The notes beneath the pieces were generated by a model. That model was not told the DNA's origin and searched no databases. It was given only the letters and a program-made list of their open reading frames with translations. A stretch of DNA of 55,434 bases, filler included, from Squatina squatina (taxonomy: Eukaryota): NCBI GenBank assembly GCA_031763465.1. It is 3 parts of 3 records of this genome, joined end to end, with 100 filler letters (N's around TTAATTAATTAA, not from the genome) between each part and the next. Parts side by side here need not be neighbours in the genome. Positions count along the whole stretch, not along the records: positions 33,840 to 55,434 come from JARFOE010000013.1; 2 more parts are not named here. One strand, written 5' to 3'. Within the stretch, counting starts at the first letter, position 1. The number at the start of each line of letters is the position of its first letter. This document shows, piece by piece, positions 36,037 to 50,566 of this stretch. A program made the translations under genes and the position numbers.

Positions 36037-38479
36037 NNNNNNNNNNNNNNNNNNNNNNNNNNNNNNNNNNNNNNNNNNNNNNNNNNNNNNNNNNNNNNNN
36101 NNNNNNNNNNNNNNNNNNNNNNNNNNNNNNNNNNNNGACTGATTAATTCTCTTAATGACATGGCTCAATAATCTCAACATAATGAAGTCAATTTTTTTAG
36201 TTCAAATTAAAGCACTAATTATAAATACAGCTCTGCCACTACATATTTAGCTTAAAGATCCTGAACTGATCACACAGCTCCCACTGCTGTTGCTATGGTA
36301 ATGGTTCCATCTTGTGAAAAGAGCCTGACTTGTACAGCACTTGTTATTTATGTTTAGTAATTACTGAGTTTTGCATTGTTAGTAGTCAAGGACACAGCCA
36401 TCGAGGTACAATAAACTAATATTTTTAACAAGGGATCTATATACTTAGCAAATGGGTGCATTAGAATTTAGGCCAATGTACATTCATATTTGAGATGACG
36501 GAAACTGTAGATTCTATCAGTATGAGACTTATTAACCATTTGACTGCTGCAAGCTTTTTTACATTTTTTAAATGAGCACAGTTTTTCTTTTACGAAACAA
36601 ATAGATTATCTGTAGGGTCACAGAAATTGTACACCTGTACTTACTGCTTTCTAGCCAAGCTGATATCCCATAATTTCCCAGGATGGCTTTCATTATTTAT
36701 TCACAGCAAGCTCAAGGCCCATATTGTTGCTTACATTGGGAGCTCACTAAAGGATCGGAGATGCTGGAAACATTAAAGGTATCCAACCAATTATCCTTAA
36801 GGAGTCACATATGGGAGAAAAACACTTTTTAACCTTTAAAAAAGGTATAAGTGTTCATTTCAACCTTTCCAAAGATTGTGTGTTGTACGTAAAATAATGT
36901 GGTAAAATAAATGTGAAGGAAGGAAACAGGGAGGCAAATTTTCAACTTGCCGCCCAGGTGTAAAACAGACGTTACNNNNNNNNNNNNNNNNNNNNNNNNN
37001 NNNNNNNNNNNNNNNNNNNNNNNNNNNNNNNNNNNNNNNNNNNNNNNNNNNNNNNNNNNNNNNNNNNNNNNNNNNACTTTATTCTCACAATTCTTCTCTG
37101 CATATCATTCAGCACAGGTCTGCAGAGAGACACACAATATGATAAGGTGCTTAGTGCAAAATACAGTACTCTGAGGGTTAAACTTTCAACTATGAATTGC
37201 TTTATCTCCTAAATGTGCTTGTGGTGCTCTCATGCATTACGTTCCATTGTAATGGAAGTTTTTTTTTCATAAATTGTTCCTACACAAGGACAGTGTCTTG
37301 TCCCACTATATGAAATAAAAATTAACTCTTGTTTTGTTACGAATCTATATTCAGAACCAAAATGATTGCCATTTTTCATTAATCATGAATACAGAGGGAC
37401 CTTTGCCTGTTGTCACTGTAATATTAATAATGGTGCATTGTAGATCTGTAGCAGTATTTTCAGCATTTCTTATTCCTCCAGATCTAACTGGATCACAACA
37501 AGAAATACAATAGTTACGAAACATAATGTATTGTGGCCTCATATGATTGACTGATTTAATCATAGTCACAGCTTTTGCCCCAAGAGGTCAGAATAGATAC
37601 AGCAGAAGAAACAAATATTGATGCTCCTGACTTATTACAGGCAGATCATTTCACAAGATATTTGGAATTCATGAGTTTGCCCTCACCAGATGCATGCTGA
37701 TGGTAGAGTGGATTTAGACTTTACAAAAATCAGAAGAAGCATAGCATGGCTTTGCTGTCGGGCAATCACTACTGTTTTAAACTCTCATGTCTGTCACATG
37801 TATTTCTCTGGTTTGTCTACATACTTATTCTCTGTTCAGACTCACTATGGTGGGAAAGTGTTATTTTAGTAATGTTTTCCTGTGTGATATTTAAATACAA
37901 GCAGTGGTATTTTAGTTCCTATTAGGGAAAAGAATGCATCTCGAACTTTTGACCCCAAGGTAATTCTTGGCATTTAAAAAAATCACTCCTGCATTTATCC
38001 CATTTTCATGGCTTTTGTTCAGAATATTCATTGATGTTTAGGTTAAAAATTATAGATAATATGTACAAGCTATTAATGAGGTATCTCACTGAAGAAAGTG
38101 CTTTCCTTAAAAATGTTTAATGTACACTTTCTGATCTCAAACAGCAGAGAGAGCAGCAGAATACAGATTCCCTCAGGGCTGAGAGATACAAGGCTCACCA
38201 CAATATACCAGCAAGTAGTACTTCGCTAAAAATAGTGAACAAATAAAGTAATATCCCTTGAGATTTTTAAAAATGTTTACTGTGTATTGCCTAATGGTTT
38301 TGCAGCATTTACTCAGTCAAGACTCTGGCTGTGTGTTTAAAAGGAGTTTGGGCTGTGGAGACTTCACAAGCATAAAACNNNNNNNNNNNNNNNNNNNNNN
38401 NNNNNNNNNNNNNNNNNNNNNNNNNNNNNNNNNNNNNNNNNNNNNNNNNNNNNNNNNNNNNNNNNNNNNNNNNNNNNNT

Positions 38480-39058
38480 CATACCTAATCCTTCTTCTCA
38501 CATCCTATTTCCCCCTCATCCACAACCTCTTCTGATTTACAATCTACAGATGGTGCAAGCATGCACCTCCTGCTTTCCCATCCTCCCCTCACCACAACCA
38601 TACCCTTGTGCCATTCTCCTTTGAGGTATCCAAGAACTGCCAGCTGGCCAGGCATCTGTGGAAAAGCAGCAAGACGCTGATGATGAAGAAACATGGTCAC
38701 TCGGTTTCACATTCGCAGACACTGACACTGCACATAATTTAGAGAATAGCTTAGATGTGGGATCTGCACATGGTGAGACACCGGGCATGAGTGGCCTGCA
38801 GCCAAGGCAAGCGTTACATCGGTGCCAGCTCGCCGGAGGGCGAGGTCGCACACGACTCATATGAGCACTTTGATGGGGTGGGCATCAGAAGAAGGCTGAT
38901 GAGTGTGCACAATTAAATGTTTGGTGCATTGGCAGATCTGCCAGAAAGCCTGCTTGCAATGACAAAGAACATGGAAGAGTCCGGCATCAACTTTGCACAG
39001 GGCTGTGCGCAGAGCTTGGAGCCCATCCTTTCCAGCATGGAAGTGGTGGACCGCTCCA
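38480..39058 (+). mobile_element. Probable internal part of a Harbinger Myb/SANT-like gene, decayed
   Basis: A C/T-rich intron-like tract ends ctcctttgAG, followed by acidic EKQQDADDEETWSL..GSAHGETPGMSGLQP and helical MFGALADLPESLLAMTKNMEESG..LEPILSSME. Assignment to Harbinger is an inference. Confidence 0.4.
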
Positions 39059-39158
39059 NNNNNNNNNNNNNNNNNNNNNNNNNNNNNNNNNNNNNNNNNN
39101 NNNNNNNNNNNNNNNNNNNNNNNNNNNNNNNNNNNNNNNNNNNNNNNNNNNNNNNNNN

Positions 39159-39410
39159 AGTTGAGGAGAACGTATTTCATCTAGAAGGTGTTGGGGGTCT
39201 GGAACTCACTACCTGAAAGGGTGGGAGAGGCAGAAACCCTCATCATATTTAAAAAGTACTTGGATGTGCCCTTGAAATGCCAGAACCTACAGGGCTACGG
39301 ACCCAGAGCTGGAAAGTCGGATTAGGCTGGATAGCTCCTTTTTCGGCCGGCACAGGCACGATGGGCCGAATGACCTCCTTCTGTGCCGTAAATTTCTATG
39401 ATTGCTCTAT
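39159..39410 (+). mobile_element. CR1 LINE 3' end
   Basis: ..GVWNSLPERVGEAETLIIFKKYLD.. then a 3' UTR gatgggccgaatgacctccttctgtg and a ttctatgatt tail. Confidence 0.85.
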
Positions 39411-39620
39411 GAGTAATGTACTATGGAAATTGCTCAGCTATTGGCACAGGTGAGTCATCCAGTGNNNNNNNNNNGTAAATTGAAGGAGGACATAGCATAG
39501 TAACAGACATGTACCCCACTCCACCCCCGCTCATGTGTCAGTAAGGATCATGCCATTAGATTGTGTTACAATGATTTTATGTGTGAAACCTTTTGAAGAT
39601 GTCACTGTGCTAAGACTTTC

Positions 39621-39890
39621 AGGGTGCAAAATTTACTTGCGTCGCTTCACGGCGGTAGCGGGGCGGAAGCCGACATTTCTCGTGCCGGCTCCCGCCCCGC
39701 CCGCCGCAGAATTCAGCGTTCTGCGGGTGGGAGTGAGGTGCAGCGATGCTGTCCTCGCTCCCTGGCGGAACTGGGGCGGCTGGCCGGGGACGCGCTGGCA
39801 TGGCCTCAGTGCCAAGCTAGCGACGTCAGCTGCGCTGTGTCAGCACCGCTGCGTGCTGACGTCAGCAGCGCGACCAGGCCTCCCTTAAAG
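39621..39890 (+). mobile_element. GC-rich dispersed repeat (probable DNA-transposon end), copy 2
   Basis: Colinear with 26174-26423; internal 15-bp hairpin at 39658-39700; ends at a gap. Confidence 0.8.
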
Positions 39891-40008
39891 NNNNNNNNNN
39901 NNNNNNNNNNNNNNNNNNNNNNNNNNNNNNNNNNNNNNNNNNNNNNNNNNNNNNNNNNNNNNNNNNNNNNNNNNNNNNNNNNNNNNNNNNGTTTGTTTTG
40001 TATTACAG

Positions 40009-40143
40009 CAGATTGATGGAGAAGCATTTCTTTTGCTGACACAGATGGACATAGTTAAGATCATGAGCATCAAATTAGGCCCAGCCCTGAAGATTTACAA
40101 CTCCATTCTAATGTTTAAGAATTCTGAAGATAATTTGCAGTAG
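40009..40143 (+). CDS. L3MBTL4: Last coding exon of an L3MBTL (MBT-repeat/SAM) gene, C-terminal part of the SAM domain; L3MBTL4 by synteny
   Basis: Manual translation after acceptor gtttgttttgtattacAG gives QIDGEAFLLLTQMDIVKIMSIKLGPALKIYNSILMFKNSEDNLQ*, the L3MBTL SAM signature (IDGEAFLLL..KLGPALKI). Stop is TAG at 40141-40143, with AATAAA at 40202 and 40336. The paralog call rests on the tandem position upstream of TMEM200C, as in human; the peptide alone also resembles L3MBTL1/3. Confidence 0.85.
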   Translation, partial: QIDGEAFLLLTQMDIVKIMSIKLGPALKIYNSILMFKNSEDNLQ

Positions 40144-43129
40144 ACATTGAGGACTGGAAAAAGCAGCTGCTAAGTGATGCTATTCTTTTCTGCCAACTAC
40201 TAATAAAAAGAATCTCTAGTCATGATGAATAGCACATTAAACTGTAGATCAATTTATCAGCAAGATTAACAGGGTATACTGAGATATTCTGAGATATTGT
40301 TGATTTAAAAGAAAGTTCATTTATAAATGCTTGTTAATAAAATATGGTGAAGTCATTGAATTGTGAAGTAATGGAAGATGAAGGTACATTTGGAAGTTGC
40401 ACTTGTACAGTAGATTTCTCATGCAATTGAGATCAAGTTACAACATGAAAAATTAAAAACAATAGAGTTGAGCAAAAGTAGTTGACTACCTGTGAGATGA
40501 CATGTTTAAAGTATAAAATGGATCTATGCACTTTAAAAGTGTTAAGTATTTGGATGTTACCTAAAACTTGGAGCACGACAGGAGATAATCTACAAATAGA
40601 GCACAATAAATGAATCATGGTAGAGTATATATTGAAATAAATTAAAATTACATATAGGCTTTTCAATCACAACTATAAGCATACCTTTATCTAAGCATAT
40701 CATTGGATATGTTTAGGTAGTGAAATACTGTTGCAAATATAGTTGATTGTTTATTCTATAGTTCGTATTTTTAAGTCAGATTTTTTATGAACATTTTACT
40801 GCTGCATAGGATCACATGACCAAGAACTTGGAAATGAGCTGCTCGATGAGTAAATTGGTCCTTCCCATTGACCGTAGGCCAGCATCACACAGAGCACCTC
40901 TTCCCTCTGATGTTGGCACTCCAACGCACATAGAACAATGGGTAGCCATGTTAGCAGAATATTTCAAAAGTTCTTGCCTCCTCTTCCACACTTACTCCCC
41001 ACAATCCGAACGTGAGCCACTCTCTTTATCACACGCACAAAAAAATTTAAATATTTACTTCAAAAATACTGTGAACTATATGGTACAAACCNNNNNNNNN
41101 NNNNNNNNNNNNNNNNNNNNNNNNNNNNNNNNNNNNNNNNNNNNNNNNNNNNNNNNNNNNNNNNNNNNNNNNNNNNNNNNNNNNNNNNNNNNNNNNNNNN
41201 NNNNNNNNNNNNNNNNNNNNNNNNNNNNNNNNNNNNNNNNNNNNNNNNNNNNNNNNNNNNNNNNNNNNNNNNNNNNNNNNNNNNNNNNNNNNNNNNNNNN
41301 NNNNNNNNNNNNNNNNNNNNNNNNNNNNNNNNNNNNNNNNNNNNNNNNNNNNNACCGGCCTATAATTGTTCGGCCTTTCCCTTGTAACCTTTTTACCCAT
41401 GTTCCCTTATACTCCTATAAGTGGACCTCACATCCTCTTGATCCATGATCAAGAATGTAGCCTTACTGCCCAATATGTAGTTCAGTAGCAAGATTCAGGA
41501 TCATAACATTGAACTGTTGTTGTATATTTTGGCTGCTGTAATACTGCATGGGCCATCGTGTGTGTTCTTCCGTCTTTACAAAAGCAGGACTAAAAAGCAC
41601 TCGTGAGATGAAGCATTGATGGAAACTCAATAATTATTTATGTTTGCACAAAATTTGATCATTCCAAAATGTTATACTTTACCTTAAAAAGATTTACTCT
41701 GATGTATGAGGTGTTTTTTTATGTATTGTATAAGTAATATATACAATATCTATAATGGATTAGAGCATGTTTATTCTTAAAACTAATGGTTAATTATAAA
41801 CTACAAAGTATCTTACAAAGATAGAACATTAATTTAAAAAATAAATGTCTTACGGAGCAGGAATGCAATATGGTGCATATAAAACTCTGGTATAATTTGA
41901 TCAGGAATCAACTCTGCACAACCTCCTTCAGCTAGCCTCAGTTTTTGTTTGTTACTAGCTCATGATGTAGGACACAGCCAACATTGTTACTGTTGTGTTA
42001 GTTTAAAATTATCCAGAAGTATGTAGGACTTTGAGAGAGCTGAGGTATGAGAAGAAGCTTAATGGATAGGTTTGATTTTGTATTTTTCAAAATACAGCAC
42101 ATGGAATAAAAAAGAATAGACCAGTTTAAACAGTAACATCTATTTTTGTGGAAAACCCATTTTAAGGTTTTTATTTAAAAAAAAAAATCAAAAATGGATG
42201 TGATTCTGAAAAAAGTTTTGTAAATTAGCTTTTCTTTGCATCATCGAGAACAGAAAGTTATTTCTCTGACTCAGAATTTGTGCCTTGACATTTGCTGTGG
42301 AATTTGGCAACTAAAGAAACAATTTATAAAAATCAGCAAAATTTGAAAGAATTCTTACTTTTTAGATACATCAGGAAATGTGATGGATATAAAATCTAGA
42401 AAACATAGATCTGGCTACTTAAACATTAATCAGTAAATACCATTTACCAAAATTATCAATCAGGCATCGCTGGAGTTTTCACCTGGTGAGTTTTTTGTTT
42501 ATATAGTGACAGAGCACATCTTTTATAAAGTTTATAATATATTGTAACTGATGTGGCAACCTGAGGATACTTCTACTTTAACATCACCAGCGACTATATA
42601 TTACCCTTCAGTATCGGTGCTGACAATGAAGGCTTCAACGAAAAAACCTCAAATGCTTCAACTTGCAGTTAGGAAAAGATGGTAAAATGGCACTGAATGC
42701 TTTTTTTATACTGTGACTGAGTAAAATTGTCATTATTAATAAATCACATGTTTCCCATTCAGTGAACACAGAGCCATAAACATTAATACATTGTACTACT
42801 AAGTCCAAAACTCCTCAGTTCATGGAAAGAGTTTGTTATATTTGTTAGACAGTGTTTGTTATTTACATATTTAAATGTTGAAATCCATTATTAAAAAGTT
42901 AACTGTTTTGCAGGGAATGTTTAAAAATCATTTCTCTTATTCTGGCATGCTGTATTTTACCTTCAATTGACTACTTTTTTTTAAAAACTGTGATGTTTAT
43001 CAAAAATGAGCTTGCAGATTTTTTAAATANNNNNNNNNNNNNNNNNNNNNNNNNNNNNNNNNNNNNNNNNNNNNNNNNNNNNNNNNNNNNNNNNNNNNNN
43101 NNNNNNNNNNNNNNNNNNNNNNNNNNNNN

Positions 43130-43611
43130 TCCAGGTCCTCCTTGTGATCTTGGCACTTCCCCTTCTCCCTCCTACAGGGAAGAGCCTTGCTGCCCTCATC
43201 TCCACTACATTCACAAGTGCCTGAAGGCCCTCATCTGAGAAACGGCGTGCCTTCACTCTCTCAGTTTTCTTGTGCATACAAAGAAAGGTTCTTGCAAACT
43301 CTCCTCCTTCTCCAGGACTGACCAAAGTCGTGGTTGTGTGTGTGAAAGCCCCCACTTTAAGTACTGATATGGGCTGACAGTTAATTGGAAGCAGTTAGGT
43401 TAACTGAGGAATTCGGATGCTTAAAAAAACTCAGATAATCAGCGTTAAGCATTGGCCCTTTAGCGCTGAAATTAGCACCTTTTTTAAAGCTGAGAATTTT
43501 TCTAAGTTTTCCGAATTGCAGGCCTTAACAGAAAATTTGAAAGACCTGAACTTTGCGCTGCGCAATTCAGACCTTAGCGCCAGAAACTTTAAATACCCGA
43601 ATTGGGCGCCC
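43130..43611 (-). mobile_element. PIF/Harbinger element end with the start of a Myb/SANT-like ORF
   Basis: From ATG 43277: MHKKTERVKARRFSDEGLQALVNVVEMRAARLFPVGGRRGSAKITRRTW (gap), fitting the R..RFS..EL..LV..V......LF....W pattern of NAIF1/MSANTD-type domains. Terminus gggcgcccaatt at 43611. Confidence 0.7.
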
Positions 43612-46049
43612 TGTATCTTTTAATAGCTTGTTTAAAAACATATTTGAAAGGCTTCAATTTTTTCCAAGATTTGGACTTGACTTTGCCCAAAGCTATGACA
43701 TTGTGAGCTGTGCAATCTGAGCACATGTACTGTATCCAATTTCCCAGTGTGCTTCAATATTATTCAGTAGCTGAACGATTGGAATATATGTTTTTATCTT
43801 CTAAGAGTTTCTGCTCATTGTTTTTCAAAGTCATTTGAAGAAAAGTTAAAGGATTAATTTCAAAAACTTTATTTTTGTATTATTTTGTTGTATTATTTAG
43901 TATATTTAAAAATTATATCTCCAGATCACAGTGAACTGCTTTCACTAAAGAAAATGAAAAAAATCCTACATCTATATGGCATTTAAAATATTGCAATATA
44001 TTCATGTATTTTATCCAGTTGTGCTTTCTGAAAATTTGTTCAGTCAGATTTCATAATTTTTGGGGGTTAATCCTGTCAAACATCCATTATCACCTTGTGT
44101 CTGTGACATCACACATTCAGTGTTTTAATTACAAAAAAACTCCTCACCTGTTCAGTCAACCATTGATGAAAATAAAAGGTAAACGCACATTGTACATTTA
44201 TTACAAAATAATAGGCCGGTGATGAGTTGCAGCTGTATGGGCCTCATGCATATATTGGCCCATGATAAACTTGGACCAATATACAAACGCAGAATTCTCT
44301 GCTGCCTAAATTTATATTTATTCCAGATATGTGGAGAGAAATTCTGCCATTGTATGTTCCCATCCATGCACAGTTGTGTTATTTAAAACAAAATGTATTA
44401 GACTTTTATTAACATAAAATAAAACTTTTGCATGTGGTCCTCTCTTTCTCCTGGTTAATTGTGAACCACAGCATTCACTCCTCCCATATGCTGATAACTT
44501 AACAAAAATCTTAATTTATAAAAATTGTAACAAATACTACATTCCTCAGTTATAAGTCTTGTAGTCAGGTTTACACATGAAGTAAAACAATCGTATCAAA
44601 AGCTTTAATATGCAGGGTCCCCAATATGAAATATATTTACTTATATCAATGTCTAAAATGAAAAGTTACATGTTTATCATATAACATTGATTTGGAGGGA
44701 ATTGTCATCATGTCAACAGAGTCGTCTCACTGGGAGATTCTGCCAATCGCACGAGAATTTTGCAGTTAGTGGGCAGTTCTCTGGTTTATGACAGAATCAA
44801 AAGATTATTGTATGCTCTCCAACCAATGTCATAAATTTGTCTTCCCTTTTCCTCCCATGACAATTCTATTTGGGTGTGGAGATGAAGGAATCATTTTCCT
44901 AAATTGCATTGAGGGGAGGGAAGGAGTCCACCTAGACTCTATCACAACTCTTATCTAGGGCAGACTGACTCAAATTTCGTAATCAGGTTTGAAATAATCC
45001 GAGACACAGTTGGATACAAGCAGAATCTGTTTGAGATAAAAGAACAGAAAGATTTCGGTCAATGTAGGCCAGGACACATGTTATGCTACAGATCACTTGG
45101 CAATACACATAATCAAGCCTGTTTCTGCAAGCTCCCGTCGGAATACAGGTGAAGACCCAAATGTGAAGCCAGTTATTACGTCTGTTTTCCAGTAGTTGGA
45201 GGCANNNNNNNNNNNNNNNNNNNNNNNNNNNNNNNNNNNNNNNNNNNNNNNNNNNNNNNNNNNNNNNNNNNTATCTTCAAATGTTATAGTTGGCATCAAT
45301 GACAAAGATGTGACATTCACTTTTCACGTAACATTGCAGTGGAGGAGAAGGAATGCTATTGAATTATTTGTCACTATACAATACTGGCACATCATATTGG
45401 AGCTCAAATACACTGAGAGTTAGGATGATGTTTTGCCTTTGATATTTTAACTTGTGCCACTGTGGCGCCATGTCGATTGGCACCCAGCTCTCTCTTGCCA
45501 TGGGAAGGAAATTAAATATTTGGGGGCTCACGTCACCCGAGGAGGTGCTCTTCTGCCAGCAGCTGATCACAGAGCAGTGATGGTGAGGCATGAGCCTAGG
45601 TGTTCTGATTGGCAGTATAACACCAACTGGAAAATATAGGCTCAGTCTGTAGCCGAGTCTCTTATCTATGTAGTACAAGGAGATGGTCATGGTGCAATAT
45701 AGAAAACAAAATGGCAAATAAAAATGAATATCACTTTACATGTTTGTAGTTTTCATTACACAAACCATTTCTTTTAAGTAAGATCCAATGTTTTTTGTGT
45801 AATATAGGCTTACATTGTTGAAATTTGCTATGGTGCCACTCAAAGAGAGTGTAAGTGTGGGAAGTGGTTTGATGTAATTTTAAGTTCCAAGGACTATGGG
45901 TGCTGTGAGAGGCACAGAATCAAATTTCACCATCATAAATGTAACCATTAATTTTATTGTTTTGCTATGCTTATGAACATGCCGAAGTCTGTGTTTGTGG
46001 CATTACCCATGGGGATGAATTGTACATTTTTCATATTCATCCCCACCAT

Positions 46050-46479
46050 GCAGTGGACTAAAAGCCAAAAAATCCCCTGGTCCTGATGGCTCACATCCTA
46101 GTGTTCCAAAAGAGATGGCTGCAGAGACAGTGATTGGTTGTGATCTTCCAAAATTCCCTAGATTCAGGAACGGACCCAGTGGATTGGAAGGTAGCAAATG
46201 TAACCCCGCTATTCAAAAAAAGAGGGAGAGAGAAAACGGGCAAGTACAGGCCAGTTAGCCTGTCATCAATCATCAGGAAAATGCTGGATTCCATTATTAA
46301 GGAAGTGGCAACAAGGCACTTAGAAAATCATAATATGATTAGGCAGAATTATCATGGTTTTATGAAAGGTAAATCATATATGACAAATTTATTAATTTTT
46401 TGAGGATGTAATTAGCAGGGTAGATAAAGGGGAACCAGTTGATGTAGTATATTTGCATTTCCAAAAGGCATTCGATAAG
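46050..46479 (+). mobile_element. CR1 LINE ORF2 (RT N-terminal) fragment
   Basis: KSPGPDG.HP..DWKVANVTPLFKKRGREKTGKYRPVSLSSI..HGFMKGKSYMTNL..FQKAFDK, with frameshifts. Confidence 0.9.
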
Positions 46480-48152
46480 NNNNNNNNNNNNNNNNNNNNN
46501 NNNNNNNNNNNNNNNNNNNNNNNNNNNNNNNNNNNNNNNNNNNNNNNNNNNNNNNNNNNNNNNNNNNNNNNNNNNNNNNGGTGGTACTAATTTTAATCTT
46601 TTGAAAGAAAGAATATAGTAGTGGTGAGTGACAATAAAAGGTAGAGTGAAAGCAATATAGAGACCAGAGAGAAATCATAAAAATATCACAGAAAGAGGCT
46701 AATGAGCTTGTAGGGAATGGAGAGAAAACACAGACAAACAGCTGTTGGACAATATCAGAATAGCCATAAAAATACAGAGGAATAATAATACCAGTAGTCA
46801 CTAAAGAAAAAAACAAAGGACAAAAATAAAACACAGATCATAAACATAAGTAGAGGCCAATGATGAAAAGATCTAACATTCATTGAGACAGCTATGAAAA
46901 GAATTTTGATCGATTGTTGAAAATAGAATAGTTAACAAAAAATTGTGAGGCATTTCACAAAATAATTAACTTTACCAACAATGCATTACATCTGTAAGAT
47001 TCGCATTTACCATTTATTCTTGAGGACGTAGTTTTTCTGTTGCTGTGTTTGGGGTTTTAATAATTCGATTCTCCAGTGGCTCCTTATTTTTTACAAAGAC
47101 GATAAGGGTACAGTAGGGCGGGATCTCACCCTCGCTTGTGGTCTTTGGGGGTGGGGAAGTGGCAGCTCCGCAGTAGCAAGCAAACCATAGGCAATCAGTG
47201 TAAATGACGCGCTGCAGACAAGCAGAACTGCAAATTTCTAGGAGATTTCAGTAAAACGAGAGTGAATTTCATTTGAAAGACTGAAAGGAGAATAAACAGC
47301 TGTTTCACAAGAGCTGGATGGAAGGAGGTTGCAGAGCAGAACAATGTGACAAGGTACACATTCAGTTGTTCACAAGAAATTGGGTAATTGAACTGCAACA
47401 AAGCTATGCAATGCTGAAAATGTGCTGGGAAAAAGTGACTGGAAGAAGGTTATTTTGCATTTCAGATAATTGTTTTGCACACCTTAGTTTGTAATTTATG
47501 ATGTCATGCTATCGTAAAATAGTCTATTTATTTGTGTTTTGTCATTTAAGTTAAAATAACTGAATTACGAATCCATATCTCATTTTTGTGTTGGCAACAG
47601 ATACATGTTGTTAATAAACATTTATTAATGCCAGTTATTAACAGNNNNNNNNNNNNNNNNNNNNNNNNNNNNNNNNNNNNNNNNNNNNNNNNNNNNNNNN
47701 NNNNNNNNNNNNNNNNNNNNNNNNNNNNNNNNNNNNNNNNNNNNTTGCTGTGAAGTTTTAAGTGTGCAGATAATGCGATTTGCTGCTGTAGATGATGAGC
47801 TTGTAATGTGTCTCTGCTGGACCACTGATCATGAGCTCCCTTCCGTTCACAAAAAACAAGATAATTGTTGAATATATCGTTGCTATTCGAATTGAGATCA
47901 TCTTGCCTTTTCCAATTCCTGAAGAAATCTCATAAAAATGCTGAGATCTGCCAGAATTTGCCCAATGCTCCTGAAATGATGACAAATGTTGCACAAGCTG
48001 ACCAAATAATATGCATGTCAGTTAGTTCCTGGAAATTCATCTTTAAAACTTGAACTGTTTGCAATAAGTATTTCAGCTCACCAGCTACAAATTAGGTTTA
48101 GTCACCTTTTAATAATTACATACATTGCTGTATCTGTTTTCACTCCTTAAAT

Positions 48153-48175
48153 TGTTTTTTTCTTGTTTGTTTCAG
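48153..48175 (+). promoter_or_regulatory. 3' splice acceptor of the TMEM200C coding exon
   Basis: Polypyrimidine tract tgttttttcttgtttgtttcAG ends at 48175, 24 nt before the ATG at 48200. This implies an upstream non-coding exon. Confidence 0.75.
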
Positions 48176-48181
48176 ATATAG

Positions 48182-49771
<1,590 letters not shown>

Positions 49772-50566
49772 TAATAGTGTAATCATGCATAGTTGGAATC
49801 AGACACACAAAAAATACAGTGGAAGCTGTAACAAATAAATGAGAAGAATATGTCACTTTCCTGTAGTTATTGATTACTGAATGTCAGTCAAGCTCCAAAG
49901 ACTCAGATTATTATTGTGGAGCTAACCATACAGTTTCTTTAGTAGCTTCCAAGTGTAAATGCCTAAGCCATTGGGTGGTGATTGTTCATCTCAGTTAAAA
50001 ACTAAGTGACAGTTTTTAATGGAATCAGTTATTTGTAAACAGCTGTAAACATTTATCTCTTCCAGGTTTTATACACATATACCAGGGGTTTGACCACATT
50101 CCCTCTGTTTTCATTCCCCCTTTCCATCACTTTGACATGGTGCACACTTTAGTTATTTAAATTATGCTTGCAATCTTATTGTTATCTTATACACAGCACA
50201 GCACAGTAAGAGTAAACAGGGAGCAGCAGCATAGCCGTGTGATGAATCATATTGCTCGCCGTGATTCATTCCAGAATTAGAACGTAAATCACTTCTAGTG
50301 GAAGAGATGAAACTAATCCGTGAGAGCTGCTGTTATATATTAGCACTAACATATGATGAATCTGACTGCTCCCGTAGCTCTGTAACAGGTGGTTGTAGCT
50401 TTCAATTTAGCAGACTTGATACTGAAATCTGATAGCCTCACAGTGCTACGGGCAACAGCCACGGGAATCATTTGTGTCGGTGAAGAATAAACAAAACAGT
50501 TCCTTGATACTAACTGCAACTACAATGTCTTCAGTGGTCTGACCAATAATTTCCAGAGAAAACATT

